64,000 nt of DNA from Tubulanus polymorphus (taxonomy: Eukaryota > Animalia > Nemertea): positions 11,036,001 to 11,100,000 of the forward strand of contig NC_134025.1 in assembly GCF_964204645.1 (NCBI RefSeq), in the 5' to 3' direction. Below the pieces are notes generated by a model, which made no database searches, was not told the origin of the DNA, and saw only the letters and a program-made list of their open reading frames with translations. Of this stretch, positions 11,470 through 25,706 are shown piece after piece. A program made the translations under genes and the position numbers. The stretch's first letter is position 1; each line of letters starts with the position of its first letter.

Positions 11470-11590
11470 TTTGATTGCTAGATTTCGTTTAAATTGTTTT
11501 GATTTGATTGGTGTCCCTTATGAACCCACCACACCTGCCGAGAGCGAAAGAGGGGGTTTGATCTTGAAATCGGAAATTGAAGTACAGATA
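11470..11590. repeat. Dispersed repeat family D copy 1
   Basis: ...AACCCACCACACCTGCC...GGGGGTTTGATCTTGAAATCGGAA matches the reverse complement of 60892-61012; a partial copy lies at about 58575-58645. Confidence 0.7.
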
Positions 11591-14500
11591 TATTTGTATA
11601 ATCAATGGTTGAATTATCAGCATTTTTTGTTTAAATCTAAGTAAACAATCGCAAAATTTCTGTTCCGCACTAAGCTCTTAACACTGGGCGTTTTACTCTA
11701 ATATAGACAGTAGACAGTTAACCATAAATGAAATGAGATGCTTTGTCCACGCGGGTCGTTTTTTGACAAGCTTTCATTTCATCGGTAGATGAAAGCGTTC
11801 ATTTTACGTATACGCACACGACAACTACGAGAGTGAACATAATAGAAAGAACGTTTTTTGCGCCATTATATACTTTCAACCAATATTCACCAGTAAATGT
11901 CATCAAAGTCGAATTCATATATCTAAACACACATATAGCCACCGGCGCATTCATCATCGCGGCTCGCTTTCGTACGACGGTACAGTATCAACATATTCGA
12001 CAATAAACTCGCGGCCATTGTGGCAAATTTTTCAAAATCATAACCGCCACGTTTCAAACGATTGCGGATCGCGACTAATTTCGCCAGTGAACCTTTGACT
12101 TTCTTCAGAAGCGCCGGCGGCCTTAAATTTCATGCCATGAATTTAAACTGATATTTCATTTGCGCGCCGCGTGATCAAAGGGACAGCTTTTCCATTGGCT
12201 CGAGAGAGAAAGAGAGAGAGAAGCCCCGACATGCGGGGCACGGCTTTCAAAGGCTATCGATAATGTCTTTGATAGTATTGAAACAGTTTGGCAGAAGATT
12301 TGATTTCTCGCGCGCGCACGTAGCCAATATAACGGTACCGATCTCTGAGAAAATGACGCAGCTTCGGGCCCGCGGATATGTTCGTACGCTGGAGAGCCAA
12401 TCAGCGTCTCTGCTAGACTCGAATCGACGCATGACCCCGAGGCAAAAACAACAACTCGACTCTTTTGGAAAACTTTTCTTTTTTTCATTCCGCGAAAATC
12501 GCCTGATTTTAGGAATATCCCGAGCGCGATCGATTATCAACTTCGCAAATACGATAGCCGTCAAAGTCCGGCGCACTTCGAACTCGAAGCGCGCCGGATG
12601 ATTTTTCGATCAATCTTTCGTGAAAAACTCGCCGCAGAACGAAACGCTGTCATTTTTATTGGCATTTTCGATCTTCTTCTGGTCGAACTTTATCTCCCCG
12701 GTTCGTTCGGCTTCGTAAGCGTCTGAGGAACGCGCGCGCGAATCAATTAATGTTTTGTGTCAATCACGGCGTGATTCTGGTCAGCGTTTTTGTTACGATA
12801 CGATCACCCGCGCGATTTATCTATTACGCATCGGTCTGAGTCGTCGTAGCGATGCCTTCTGATCTCGCGCATTACCGGAATGGACATTACAGGCCAATTA
12901 CCGTGATGAATGGACACGATTAGTTGAATTACGGAATTATACACATCCGAGTGCTCTCGTTCGAGTGTCTGTGTGTGTGTGTATTCACGCCCTGGCTTCG
13001 CTGCATGGACAAGAACGACAATTCGATAGACCAATCAGTGACCAGTGGCTGCTCTGTTACGAGCTCTCTCGTGCGATGGCACAACAGAAGCTGATGAAGT
13101 ACCAGGCGACTTATTGCTGGATGTTGTTTGCTCAGGGTTAGAAGACGATAGAAGAAGGAGGGAGGGGAGGGGAGCGAAAGATAGGGTAGAAGGTAGTAAG
13201 GGTTGAGAAGTAGAAAGAGGTGGTCAAGAGGAAGAGATAGAATGATGAATAAGGGAGCATATCGGAAATGGAAAGTAGTGGTGATTATGAGAAAGTGGGA
13301 AGAGGGTACAAGGGGGGGAAGAGGATATGAAGTTACCAAACTTGAAGTGAATAGTAGTTAGAAAGAAAACGTAAATATGTATCTTCAGTAAAAACAAAAA
13401 TGGAATCGGAAAAAGAAATCCCGCCTGGACCACTTTTTGATTAAGCATCGCTCTAACAAAATCAATTATCGTTATTTTTCTCTTTATTTCTCTCCAAATT
13501 GCGCGAAAATAAAACAACAACGACAAAAATAGACCTTAATAACGAATAGTGTATGATTAGCTCCGGGTCTGTCATCATTCAATAACGACGCCCCATAAGT
13601 ACGCGAGCTTCAAAGACTACTCGATGAATCGAGGGGTTACGTTTTTGTCGTTCGCGCCGTTTCAATCGAGTTAAAACGCGTATTAATCGACTTAAAACTG
13701 ACAAAACCTTACAATTTTCGATGAGAGATGAAAACGTCGCAAAACGGGAAGACTTTCGATCTTTCGCGCACGCCTTTTATTTAAATGATTACGACTATTT
13801 TTTTTCGAAAAATCGCATCCGAAATCGAAACAAAGAACTTTAATCACCGGCGCTTTTTATTCCCAGTGCTTCTCAATACGAAGGCGCGCGCTACCAAATA
13901 TATTCACGTAATAAACCTATTCAGATTTTCGAGAGAAAAAAATAATGAATCATTTGTCACGAACAGATTCGCGGTGACGAATTCGTTTTAACGAGTTTTT
14001 GATAATTAGCAGTCATTGTCGGGTTTGGCCTTAATGAAGCCCCCGTAACGCAGACGGAACCAGTCGATAACGATGATGACGCAAGAGAGCGAGGGCGCGC
14101 GCCACGCGACGGAATTATAGTAAAATCTGCGCGTTCGTTTCGTGTACGTGTGACAATTGTAAATTTGAAAGGTCATGAATTATATCATCGTCGCTTTTTC
14201 GTTCGTTAAAAGATTCAATGGTTACCATGGGAACGTACTTGAAAGATTTCGCAATTATCCGTCCGTCTGTCCGTTGTAAGGTGAAAAAATGAATTTGAAA
14301 TTTACGCGTGCTGGCTCTCTCGATCGGCGGACATCTCCGTTTAGAAGTATCGTCGAAAACGATGATTTCTAAATAACGCGAGGAGGAGGACTGGGATTAG
14401 CCGATAGAGTCGTTGAATTATCTATATCCTAAAAATCGAATCATTCTCAATGAGATTTCGAATTACGATCCGATGATTAATCCTCGTCATCATCGCTTTT

Positions 14501-17500
14501 TGACACAAACTTTCTTTAAAAAAAAAAAAAGAAAAAAATCTATCGAATTTCTTTTTTTTTCATCGGACGCGATGATCCGTCGTTTGCTAATTAAATTTTG
14601 AAACTCGAATACGCGTTAATGCGACGCATAACAAAAAAAAAAAACTTTTGCGGGAAGAAAATGCGAAACCAAAACTCGAGCGCGAAATTAGACAAACCTA
14701 ATCTTTACAATAGTATAATGGGCCTTGTGGTGCTAATATTTCATCTCGTGATGTAATGAGCAAAGTGTGTCGTCCCATTTCCCAAGACCCCGTTCCTTTT
14801 GAAGGCCGCCAAAGACCTAATCAAAAAGCAATAGCGGGTGCGATTTTAATGAGCTTGTCATCAAGACAACATACAAATGACAATCTGCTTATCTATCAAA
14901 CCCGTACGGCGAGCGCGATACTTGTCTTCGACGATGACGACGTACCTGGCGCGCGCCGCGAAGTGAATTTAAATTCCTTTTCTCAAATTAAATTTAAAAT
15001 TTATGGTCGGTGCACTCAATTTACATTTCATCGCGCGCGGCTCATATCACTCGGGGGACGAGCCGTACCGATGCGCCATTGCATAACACTCGCCCATTAG
15101 CGAGTGCCGGCATCTGCGACGAGTCGAAATTTCACGATTTTTGACGAGAACGCCGCGACGACGAAAGTCGGCGTTCGCATGTTATGAATGACTCTCGGCG
15201 GACTTCGGCGCGATGACGCCGCCGGGCCGCGCGATTCGGCTTATTCGCGAAACGCGAACGTTTCAGAATTTCAATTGGCAGTAAAATTTACATTAAAGGT
15301 CCGTTAATTGTAATCAAGCGCGCACGCGCGATACGCCATTGCGCCAGCGCGAGGTCCGGGGCACGCACGGAGACGCGATAATCAAACATAAATACCAATC
15401 ATAAATCGCAGCGAGCCCCGCACAGGCGACCGAGTAGTGCGCAAACACTTAAAAATCGTCGAGCCTTGATTTTAATTTCGACGAAATTTCGAAAAAATTT
15501 CAACCAATTCCCCAGACAAGCCGATGCCCACCGTGCGACCGTGTTGAACAAACAACTTTTCAATTTCGCCTTGAAACCCCACACACCCCATGCGCCCCTG
15601 CCGAACCTGAACTTCGAATACGTAATTATTACTCGATATTCTCGCAATTCAAACATCCGTCCCCGAGGTGATCAACGGTCTCCGATGAGCGATACATCTT
15701 TTCGTCCCATGGCTCCCGGTTTTTACGAATTCATTAATTTCTTTCTAAACCGAGCAAATCTAAATTTCATTGCGGACATTGATTGAATGAACATCACCGA
15801 AACAAAAATTCGACTTCGCGTTATTTCGAAATTGACATATACGGCATCGGTTTTATTTTTTCCGCGTGTTATTTCGATTGCTTATAAAAAGTCGGTTCCG
15901 CCATTCTTTTAATCTCGCGCGGCGAAATTTCTTCCTACATCACACCATTAGTACGGTCCAGGCGAAGCCGTGAATACGGTGGATGAGTCATACGAGACGA
16001 TGGTCTGTGTGAACTGAATAAAATTTCACTGCGTTCGAAATTAAAGCCGCCTCGAGCGAAATTGAATGGTTTCGACCGTATACACGGGGAGAGAGTATAC
16101 GCCAGTGGACACGGTCTGTTCGGCGGAGATAATGACTACGGTACATCGTCTAACATCGCGTCAGCACCGTGGGGTTTAAAATTCAACACGACGCGCACAC
16201 ACGACACAAATCCCCGGACAAGACTAAATTGGAAATTTTGAAACGCGCAAAATATCGACGCGACGTACTTCATATAACATCGTTCTTGAATAAATAATTT
16301 TTTTTAGGCGACGCGCTTACCGCTTTCAATAACCGCGAATTGTAAAACTCCAGGGCCCAGTCGTGACCCGAGTCCAGAAATGGTCTCAAAAATCTTAAGA
16401 CTATCCTTAAGTTGTAGTATTGACTATAAAAGTAGTTGGTCTCATATTGCTCATCCACCAAGGTACCTGAATGTCCGTTAATGAAGTTCAGCTGATACCA
16501 CATCTAACATTTGTATAATATAACATCAATTATCGTGATCATTAAGATGATTTGCTTATTTCATTTTCGCTACCGAAAAAAGTATCGTTTCGAAGATGCG
16601 TCAAATGATACCCAGTGAAAACGGCTGACGAAGATTTCAAAAACGCGGCGAAAAATTGCACCTTAAAGGCAGATAATTCGTCGCTTCATTAACGAAGTTT
16701 AACACACGTAATTAACCTCCGTGTTTAGTAAATCGGGCGACCGGCGATAAACATCGTCAGATTTTCGTCCATAAATCCGAATCAGGGCCTTAATTCGTGA
16801 TTTATTTCGACCGATCAACGGCAATACGACGAAACGTCGAAGACGTTGTCGTCGCCAGGACCAACGAGCGGTTTTGATTAATTGACACGAGGCCGCATGA
16901 CGAAAAAAAAGAGAAACCTCGCGCGTGACGACGACGACGCTGAATATGAGAGAAAAGTTCATTCGACTAATAATTAATGCGCGCATTTCGATTGATATGA
17001 CCTTGATGATAATTCCCGTTGTATATCGACGCGTGATTAATTGTTATATGCGACGAACCCGCTCGCTCGGTCGAGGATTCGAATTTTGAAAATCAGAAAT
17101 TCGCTGATTAATATAGTTCATAGTATTTTTTCTGGTCACAGCGATGATTAATTCAATTGTGTACTCTTAAGTCCACGGTTCGATTCGTGCGCCAGATTAT
17201 GTAATTCAATGATGGCTCCAGTTGCGTAGTCATGGAGGTGGCTATAAAACGAAGACTGACCTTAGAATGTTTTTTTTAAAATCGAAGCCTCAACTTATCA
17301 GCGATGGCCCCAGGATCTATAATATGTAAAATACATTTCAACGAATTTCTACTTTTGTAGTCCAGAGCGAAGAATATTTGCACATCACAGACTTGGATAC
17401 TATTTCGGGCAAGTCAGCGGTAATTCTGACATTTATTCCGCAAAACAGATTCCATTATTTCCAATGGAGGCAATCTCGTTATCGGCGCATGTTTTGTTTG

Positions 17501-18522
17501 CCCCATAAAATGATGTTAGCTTCAAGGGGAACGCAATCCTCACACCTTGTCCTAGTGGTCATTAGTCCCCTTAACGACATTATCGCCGCGAGACCCGACG
17601 GACAGTTGCCAAAATTCGATACATATGTAACCGGTTTTTCGGATGGCCGTCGACGCGCAACTGTAGTGAGGTGAACGCCATCGTCTTATCCCCTGTACAC
17701 ACAATACGACCTAATCTAATTTCATGAATTGGATTATCTGGACCTGGCGGTCCGCGCGGTACGTGTATATAAATACCGGAATTCCGCGGCGGCGCGTGGC
17801 GGCGGCGGCTGGTCAAGTGCAAATTCACCGGAGAAATATCGCGCCGATTGCGTATGCAGATCGGGTACGACGAAGTTCCAAAATCTGATTTCGTCCAAAC
17901 AGCCGCGGGGACGTTCGCCGAATTAACCGACGCGCCGAAGAAAAACCAGCCGACGCCGCGTCTCGGGAATAAACGCCGACTGCCCGCAGCTGATATTTCA
18001 AGCGATGGCAATCACCTACATATACATAATCGACCAGTTCAAAGCGGATGGGTTGAGAAAACGGACTACGACGACGGAGGATGGTTCGAGTATAGGGACG
18101 ACTTTTGATGTCGGGGCTTTTTTTTCTCCTTCTATTAAACAAACATTAGTTCTTAATGCTGGGATGAACATCAAACATTGTCTAATATCCATTGCGAATT
18201 CTCTTCGGGTCTTTTCATTTTTTTTTTACTGTCCAGCTCTTAATGCGCAAATTTTGTAAGACGAGATCTTATGTTCGCCGCGTATGCTAAAAGCCTCATC
18301 GTATTGAATTTTCGTCCATCGCGCCGCAGCGTCGGCTGTAAACGACGACGACGGCGATGGTAGTCGCTGCTGCTGCTGTCCATTTCATTCCGGCTCAAAG
18401 AATATAAAAGCGACGCATATTCACTCGTCGCAAATATTGACCTTAGGATAAATTCGTCGCGGAAATGAAAGTATGGACAGCGAACTGGCGAGGATGCGAG
18501 CGCATTATTAACACCGATATAC

Positions 18523-18546
18523 GGGGGGGGGGGGGGGGGAGGGGGG
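18523..18546 (+). repeat. Poly-G tract (G17-A-G6)
   Basis: Directly visible. Confidence 0.9.
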
Positions 18547-21500
18547 ATAAATGGCCGACTTCGAACAGACAAGCGTTAGACATACGAGGGTAGTATACGG
18601 ATCGGTAATTAAATATCGCGGAAATCGCCTAATACCGAAAACAAATGACTCAAGCATTTTTCATGCGGATTTTGTACGACATCGGCGACGCAGATTAGCC
18701 TGTCATAAGCAGATGAAGCTAACAATGTCCGCTCGGCCCCGCCGATGGTGGCCATCCGATCCGACTGCGAATCGACAATCGGGGAAAACAGTACGCGATT
18801 TAAGCTTCGTATGACACCGCGCCGTTTTGACAAATGAGGTTTTTTCGTCATTCATTCCATTCATGCTGTCAAGTGCTGACCTCGAAACCCCGTCGTCGAG
18901 TCGGCCAGGGCCAAATTCGGTCTTTATATACCTAGTCGACTAGTGGTAGGTAGAAATAACCGAATGCGCTTAATTTTCGAACTATTTCTGGAACATATTT
19001 CCGACTAATTAACATTTGGTTTCACTCAGATAATCGAAGTTCGCCCTGGCGGCCTCGATGTTACGTGGCCGTAGTCGATGCTCGAATAAATGAATTCATG
19101 AAATGAAAAAAAGGACGCGACAAAAAAAGCTCATTACGTCGAGTTCTATTCGAGTGTTCTTCGGTAAAAAATTCGCAGTCACCGGCTACGACGTTTTTTA
19201 CTCATTTTTTATGCAAATTGCCGACGCACGTGAAATCTGTTTAATGTCCTGTGAAGATTCTCTCTCTCGACTTTATCTCGATTGGATTGTCCCGAGAAAG
19301 TTGCCGCCATCGAGCTAGCCGCTATTTTGCATAATAATTCGATCGATTGCGACATCTTCGCCGCCGCCGTACCCGTACTGTAACGGATTATGATTCAAGC
19401 TCGTGATTAGCCGTCCGACGCGGACAAAGAACGCGATAGTCATCGCCGGGGCGATTGAATGTTCATTAAAATTCAAGTCAGACCTCGTGAAGTCCATCTT
19501 AAGCCATTTTCGCGACGGCAGACAAGCGATGTACGGCGCGAACCTGGTCATTGGCATTGATTTCTCGTTAGGCGGTTGATGTACGAGCCGAGATTCGACG
19601 CGGTCTTCATTTCATGGTTAGTGTCCGGCGTAATCGAACCCGGGAGAAATCAAGTCATTTCATCCAACGCCAAACACGACGGCGAAAACGAGTACATGAC
19701 ATGAAAATGTCCGGCGTTTAAAAAATGCGTAGATACAGCTCCAGACGTTGGCACCTGGGAACGTGGTTTAACTCTCATCTCAGGTGACCGAGCCATAATG
19801 AGTTTTTCGCTCGCAGTATAAAAAGCGAAACCCGATAATTAGAAAGAGTTACAAGTTTCTAAAAAAGCCCTGCTAAATGTTTTACCATCCAGGTAATTCG
19901 CAGGCAGGGACGTTTAGATATTACCAAAAATACATCCACTATACGCATTTTTATCGGACTAACCCCAGTTTAGGTCACCTTTCCACTGTGTGGCGCTAGT
20001 GTTACTAAAGAATAGTGTAATTAGTTACATAACCACTAGGGACACCTTAAGTGCATTATTATCCTATGCAGTACTTATCTTATTTTGCCATTCAAAATTC
20101 AAAATAATTTTACGTCTTCAAACGCAAATATTTCGATCGGTTCTCGTCCGGATAAGTGACGTCGTTCAACTAAACTTTATTCGCGATATCCAATCACAAC
20201 TGAAAAACGAGTCGAGACGATAGGAGAGAGTCTCGACGCGATAAGTCTACGCGACGGCGGCCATTACCGTCGGCTGATTTATCGCCAGCGTGAAGTAACT
20301 GTTTATGTTGGCCATTTCGACGAGAGTATTTCTCAATGGTCATACGATGATTCGCGATAGCTGCCACTGGATGGCCATTCGCCGTCGTATTTTGTACGGA
20401 ATACGGCCACTTTGTCGCCGATAATCTATTGTACGTTTCTGGTCCGGCGCGGAAATACAATCCGCGCTGACAGCTGAGTATTTCTCATGCCACCGCGAAG
20501 AGCCGATATTACCGGGCCCCTGAAGTATCGACGATGTTTATACGCGTGAGGCTGATCTATTACCACTCGATTGGACAATTACGACTGGACATAAGGACGC
20601 TGCTGAGAGGTCAGACAAGGCCGCGGTTGTCAAAGCGCGGATTAATAACTCGTAATAGAGAGCTTTCTCGCGTTCGGCTTCGCGTCGGTGGTCATTACCG
20701 GCAGGGTTAGGACACGACAAATAAGGGGTTAATTATATGACACGCGGCCGCCGGCCGAATAAGCCCCGACCGCGAGATTGCCGGTGCTTTTTTTGTTTTA
20801 CCGCCGGTTCGCCTTATAATCCACGCAATAAGAAAAGGATCATTCGGATTTGCATTGACCTCAGAACTAAGGTGAATTTTGAACCCGGTTATTGAGTTGG
20901 TTTCTAGAAAACAATAGACGTACGTAAGCCGCGGATGAATTCGGAATGATAAGTTTGTAATGAATGAACTAAAAATACCGGTCGCAACAGGAATAGAATG
21001 TGTATCATGGTTAACCCTACAGGATCGGATTCGTAGACTTGCTTTAACTTGAATCAGCAGTTAGACGAAAATTAAGACTCGAGGCATGAGTACAGGGCAA
21101 CTTGCGACATCAAGCGATCACTGAAACTGGTAAAAAATGGGCGCATAGATCGACTTGTCTCCACCAGTTGCAAGAGAATTGAGGTTGGTCGCAGAAAGTA
21201 AAGTATAATATGACCTATGCCCCGCTTAATGTTGAGATAACCCCCAGGTTTAAGGCAAACCGACCCAGAGTTGAATACTTTGAACCTACCAGATAACTGC
21301 TATTATCACAAAAATTAACCATAAAAATAACTATTAACTCAAGAAACTAGTTCTCGTCCTTAGTCTGTAGAACTGGACTTCGAAGTTATAGTTAGTGGCA
21401 ATAGTTAGAAAATGGCGCATTACATCTTTCAGGTGGAAATCATTAAGAGCTTAGACTTCCAGCTATGGCCTTCAGGTCCCGCAGTCCTATAAAATATACA

Positions 21501-23528
21501 ATTTCTAATCATCGGCGTCCTTGCTAGTCAGTCTAATCCTGGAGATGACTACTACGACTGTACATCATTTCTCACTCCATGTGAAGATACCGGGTAATGC
21601 TGCAATGAAATTCAGTGGACGAACTTCGAGTTCGTGCATGTTTCGAAATGCACAACGCGCCGAATAACTATCGATCATCAAGCGGGAGTACCGAGCTAGG
21701 CGGGTTAATGCCTGAACCCTGCGCCGCTCTTCTGCACAGCTTTACGAGGCACATGTCATTCGCAGACATTGGCTTAAATTTGAATTTCACGACGACTTTT
21801 TCTCGAAATTTCGACGAGAGAGTGAATTAATTTCATACTCGAGGCTAGGCGGCTCGCATCTAGGTATCGGCGCGGAAACGAAGAGCGCGAAGAGCGCGTT
21901 TCGCGAAAATTAACGCCCGAGCAACCGCCGCAGTCCGAATCAGATACAACAGCGGGGTCGCCGGAGTTTATAACAATACACCTAGATGGTAATCGTATTA
22001 ATAAGACCAAAGGGCATACGGAATCGGAGCTATCATAGCTGGATGCTTTTCAAGTAGAATGTTAAAGGGCTTGAGATTTAGAAAGCAAGCTCGAGTGAAC
22101 CGAATTATAATGTAGGAATAGGAAAGGAATAGGTACGCGTGTATCGCATTCGCCGTACCGCAGAATTAGAAATCGAAACAACATCGTTTTTCTTTTTAGA
22201 TATATTTAGTAACTGAAATGAATAGCACGATTTAGCGGTCGCGAATATCGCTATCAATACGGTGGTGCTTTGCGGTTGTGGCTAACCGAATTCGGGTTGG
22301 CAACACGAATTAGCGCGGTTGTATATTCGGGCAAACATTCCCACGGGCAACCAACGTTGTTTGCTGGATGAACCCTTGAAAGGATTTCGATCCGCTAAAA
22401 AAGTTTGTTGCATAAAATGACCACTATTGTGCAAAAACGGGTCACCGTTTGTTGACAATTATTATTCGGAATTAGGTTTTCGAGTTGGCCGGCCTCTGGC
22501 TCTGAAAAGCGCTATTATTATGGCCCGGTTATTCAAATTTGCGGGGTCCTGCTTGCTTGAATGCCGTTGCGTTGTCGTCGTAGCGCCAGGCCCTTATAAA
22601 CTATTGAAAAAATAAAAAAATTGCGTTCAAGTTCACCGGTGGAGTTTTTTTTGACGTGGCGGTGGCATCGTTAACCTATATCCGTCGTAGGGGTAGAGCG
22701 TGTGCAGGCGCGAGGTTCGCACACTTGAATACGCGCATTGTGTCCCTTTATTCCTCCACGTTCGGATGACAATTAGTGCAAGGCCGGGCGCGACCTCGGG
22801 CGCCGTGTCCAAAAATTTCGAAAGTCAAACTCCGCCATTGAATTCTCGATGATTTATACGATAAACTTAAATTGGATCGGATATAGAATAATGTTCGCCC
22901 GAAAAAAGTGGCCGTACGTGTTATTCTAACAAAACGCCGGCCACGCATCTGACCCAGGCATGCGGCCTGGTCAAGTTTGGGTCTAAATTTAGGCGGTAAT
23001 CGTTCTAAAGGACGCGGAGACGCATTTGCGTCCACTTTATAAGTACATATACATACACGCACAAAGAATACATCTGTGCCCATCGGAATACATAAAGAGT
23101 TGAATACAACCGGTAGTTGCCGGGCCTAAATAACTTTTGGAAAAAAATTACATCCATCATCCGGCTAATAGCTGCTGATTAATCATCCAATTCGGCCATT
23201 ATATTTGATATTTCTTTCGAGTATTTTTGCCGCATTTAACATCTAATAGGGCAGGACAAACTTCTAACTACATCGTTGCACGCAAACCAGGTGGTAACGC
23301 CCTAGCGAACACTAAACGAAATGTGATCTTTGAAGTTATGCGTCGGAATATGATTCACATCTCATTCGGAGATTCTAAAAATCGTTTTCGAAGATTTCAA
23401 TTCGTAGTTGAACACAGGAGAAAACGAGATGGTTTTCGACGAACTTTCTGTTTGATAAGAAAACTGTGGGCTCTACAAATCTGAAATGTTTTTCATTAAT
23501 TATCGACGGTACTTCTAAAAATCCCGTC

Positions 23529-23795
23529 ACGACACTTCTTTGTAAAATGACTAGAAAGCAGGACAGTGTTTAACGACACTTTCTCATAAAATGACTAGAA
23601 AGCAGGACAGTTTTTAACGACACTTTCTCATAAAATGACTAGAAAGCAGGACAGTTTTTAACGACACTTTCTCATAAAATGGCTAGAAAGCAGGACAGTG
23701 TTTAACAACACTTTCTCATAAAATGACTAGAAAGCAGGACAGTGTTTAACGACACTTTCTTATCAAATGACCAAACAGCAGGACAGTGTTTAACG
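23529..23795. repeat. Minisatellite, 44-bp unit x ~6
   Basis: Unit AACGACACTTTCTCATAAAATGACTAGAAAGCAGGACAGTGTTT; AAAATGA recurs at 23544, 23588 and 23632 with no unique spacers. Confidence 0.95.
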
Positions 23796-24257
23796 AATAT
23801 TGCTAATCGTTATTACATCGTTGCGATAGAATCATTTTTTCTAGGTAGACATTGTATACTTTTCGTGTAAATGATGAGCTCTCTCGCATATACTGCACGA
23901 ACAACGCGCTCGATCCAGGGATCTCTTATTAATTGACGAGGAAACATTTAAAGTTGGTCACATCCTGCGAGTTTATTGACCTGTCTGTTTGTATTGTCCA
24001 TGATTGATGTAGCCAATGCCCAAATGACTTGTTCGCTAAAACCGGTGTGCGCGACACACGATGTTCTACACCAATGTTTTTAAGCGAGATGGACCGACAG
24101 ACGGACAATAATCACGATTAATTCTGACATGAATGATCGATGCGAAAATCATATGAACAATCATTTACAATAGCACATCGTCAATTGAAATGGACGAAAG
24201 GGAGGGAGAGGGAGAGAGAAGAGAGAAATGGTCGTGAAAGTGAGAGATAAGCCACCA

Positions 24258-24329
24258 CGATCACATGGAGACGATTTGCCCCGGATCAGGCCCCGGTCAA
24301 ATTTGGCCCGTGCCCGATTGGAGAGCGTT
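24258..24329. repeat. Dispersed repeat family E (GC-rich, GCCAAAT/ATTTGGC-containing), copy 1
   Basis: CGATCAC...CGATTTG...CGGATCAGGCCCCGGTCAAATTTGGCCCGTGCC recurs at 26279-26368. Confidence 0.7.
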
Positions 24330-24359
24330 TTCACTTGTAAAAGAACGACAGACAAGATT

Positions 24360-24488
24360 GAGTGAGAGATAGAGAGAGAGAGGATAGAGAGAGAGGGAGG
24401 GAGAGAGAGAGGGAGGGAGGGAGGGAGAGAGGGAGGGAGGGAGAGAGGGAGGGAGGGAGGGAGGAAGAGAGTGAGGAGAAGAGGGAAA
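24360..24488 (+). repeat. Polypurine (GA)n/(GGGA)n tract
   Basis: About 125 nt almost purely G and A, with many GGGA units. Confidence 0.9.
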
Positions 24489-25706
24489 GTGGTATCAAAA
24501 CCGAATTCACAGGTCCATCAGGCGAATCAGTCCTGAGCTAGTTTGGCTCGAGACGAAATTCAGATTTCGACCTGAAAAATCAAACGGCATGACATCCACC
24601 GCGTCGCAACGCGGATATCATTTTCATAAAGATTTCAATTTGTAGAACTCACGAGAAAATGGTTTACGTTATGCCTCTATTTCGATTAATCGTGACAAAA
24701 ATTTACGTATCGTTGAAAGTTCGAGTCGAATTTCAAGTACGAATCAACCACATTTCCTATGCATGAAGACGCCGTTGTACAAATTTGTCCAGAATATATT
24801 AATTATGAAAATTACCATGCGGCGTTTCGCGGCGTGTTTGTGCTCGAATAAACGAACGAATCTCGCGACCGATTTCATATATTCTCGCGACGCTCGGGAC
24901 GCGTTAAACTCGAGTTTTTAATAAAACGCGCAAATTGAAGTGGCCGCTCGGAGACCCGGGGTCATTGTGGCGTAAAGCCATTCCGTGTCCTCGAGATTTG
25001 AGTAAATAACGCCCGATACGTCGTGCGTCGCGCCGAGTCGATTTTCGGTTCTCGCCAAGATTTCTCCGGAGAACGAGTTGATGGCTTTCGAAACATTGTC
25101 CGACGACGACGCGGTTTTTCGCTACGGCGAAATAAAATCAATGTCCTCTCTTCTAAACCGTTACCGTTATGAGTCGACGAATAAGATCCGACGACGCCGC
25201 GGCGAAATTTACGATTCCAGCCGCGTCAGCTCCTGGGAGCTTGAATGGTCAATTGAAGCGAAGAAAGCATGCAATTATGGTAATCTTTCATTTCGCCGAG
25301 GCAGGAGAGGCGGCGGCGTCCCTCGGTGAGGTGCTATACGGCCCTAACTGACACTTACCCCGCCGGAAAATTAAGATGTAATAGAATATAAATTGAATTC
25401 GCCGGTTACATGCGAGCGAACGCCGCCAACGACTAGCTGACCTCGGCCGCGGCTCGGCGAACGCGGCGAAATATCATGCAATTTTGAATTTCATACACTG
25501 CGGCGATATTTTCGTGGCTCGTCGTGACTCATATTCCCCCGACCGCGATGGTCATCATTATTACGACGATGACGTTTTTTTAAGTAGATTCCGCCGTTCA
25601 AACGGAAATGAAATTTCAACAATGAAATGTACTGAGCTGAGCAAATGTACGTGCCCAACATTCAGCATGAATTTTCATTATAATCAAAGCCGAGTACAGA
25701 GATGCA

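Noticed and set aside
12804-13034. 76-aa minus-strand ORF as an alternative first coding exon
   Set aside because: The only nearby GT (GG|GTGATC) is weak and phase 2, incompatible with the phase-1 acceptor at 8655.
17165-17195. T-arm-like CACGG-TTCGATT-CGTG (also GGGTTCGATT on the minus strand at about 19630)
   Set aside because: No D-arm, A box or acceptor stem; chance B-box-like words.
23529-23795. CRISPR-like appearance of regularly spaced repeats
   Set aside because: Head-to-tail 44-bp units with no unique spacers, no cas genes and a eukaryotic context: a minisatellite.
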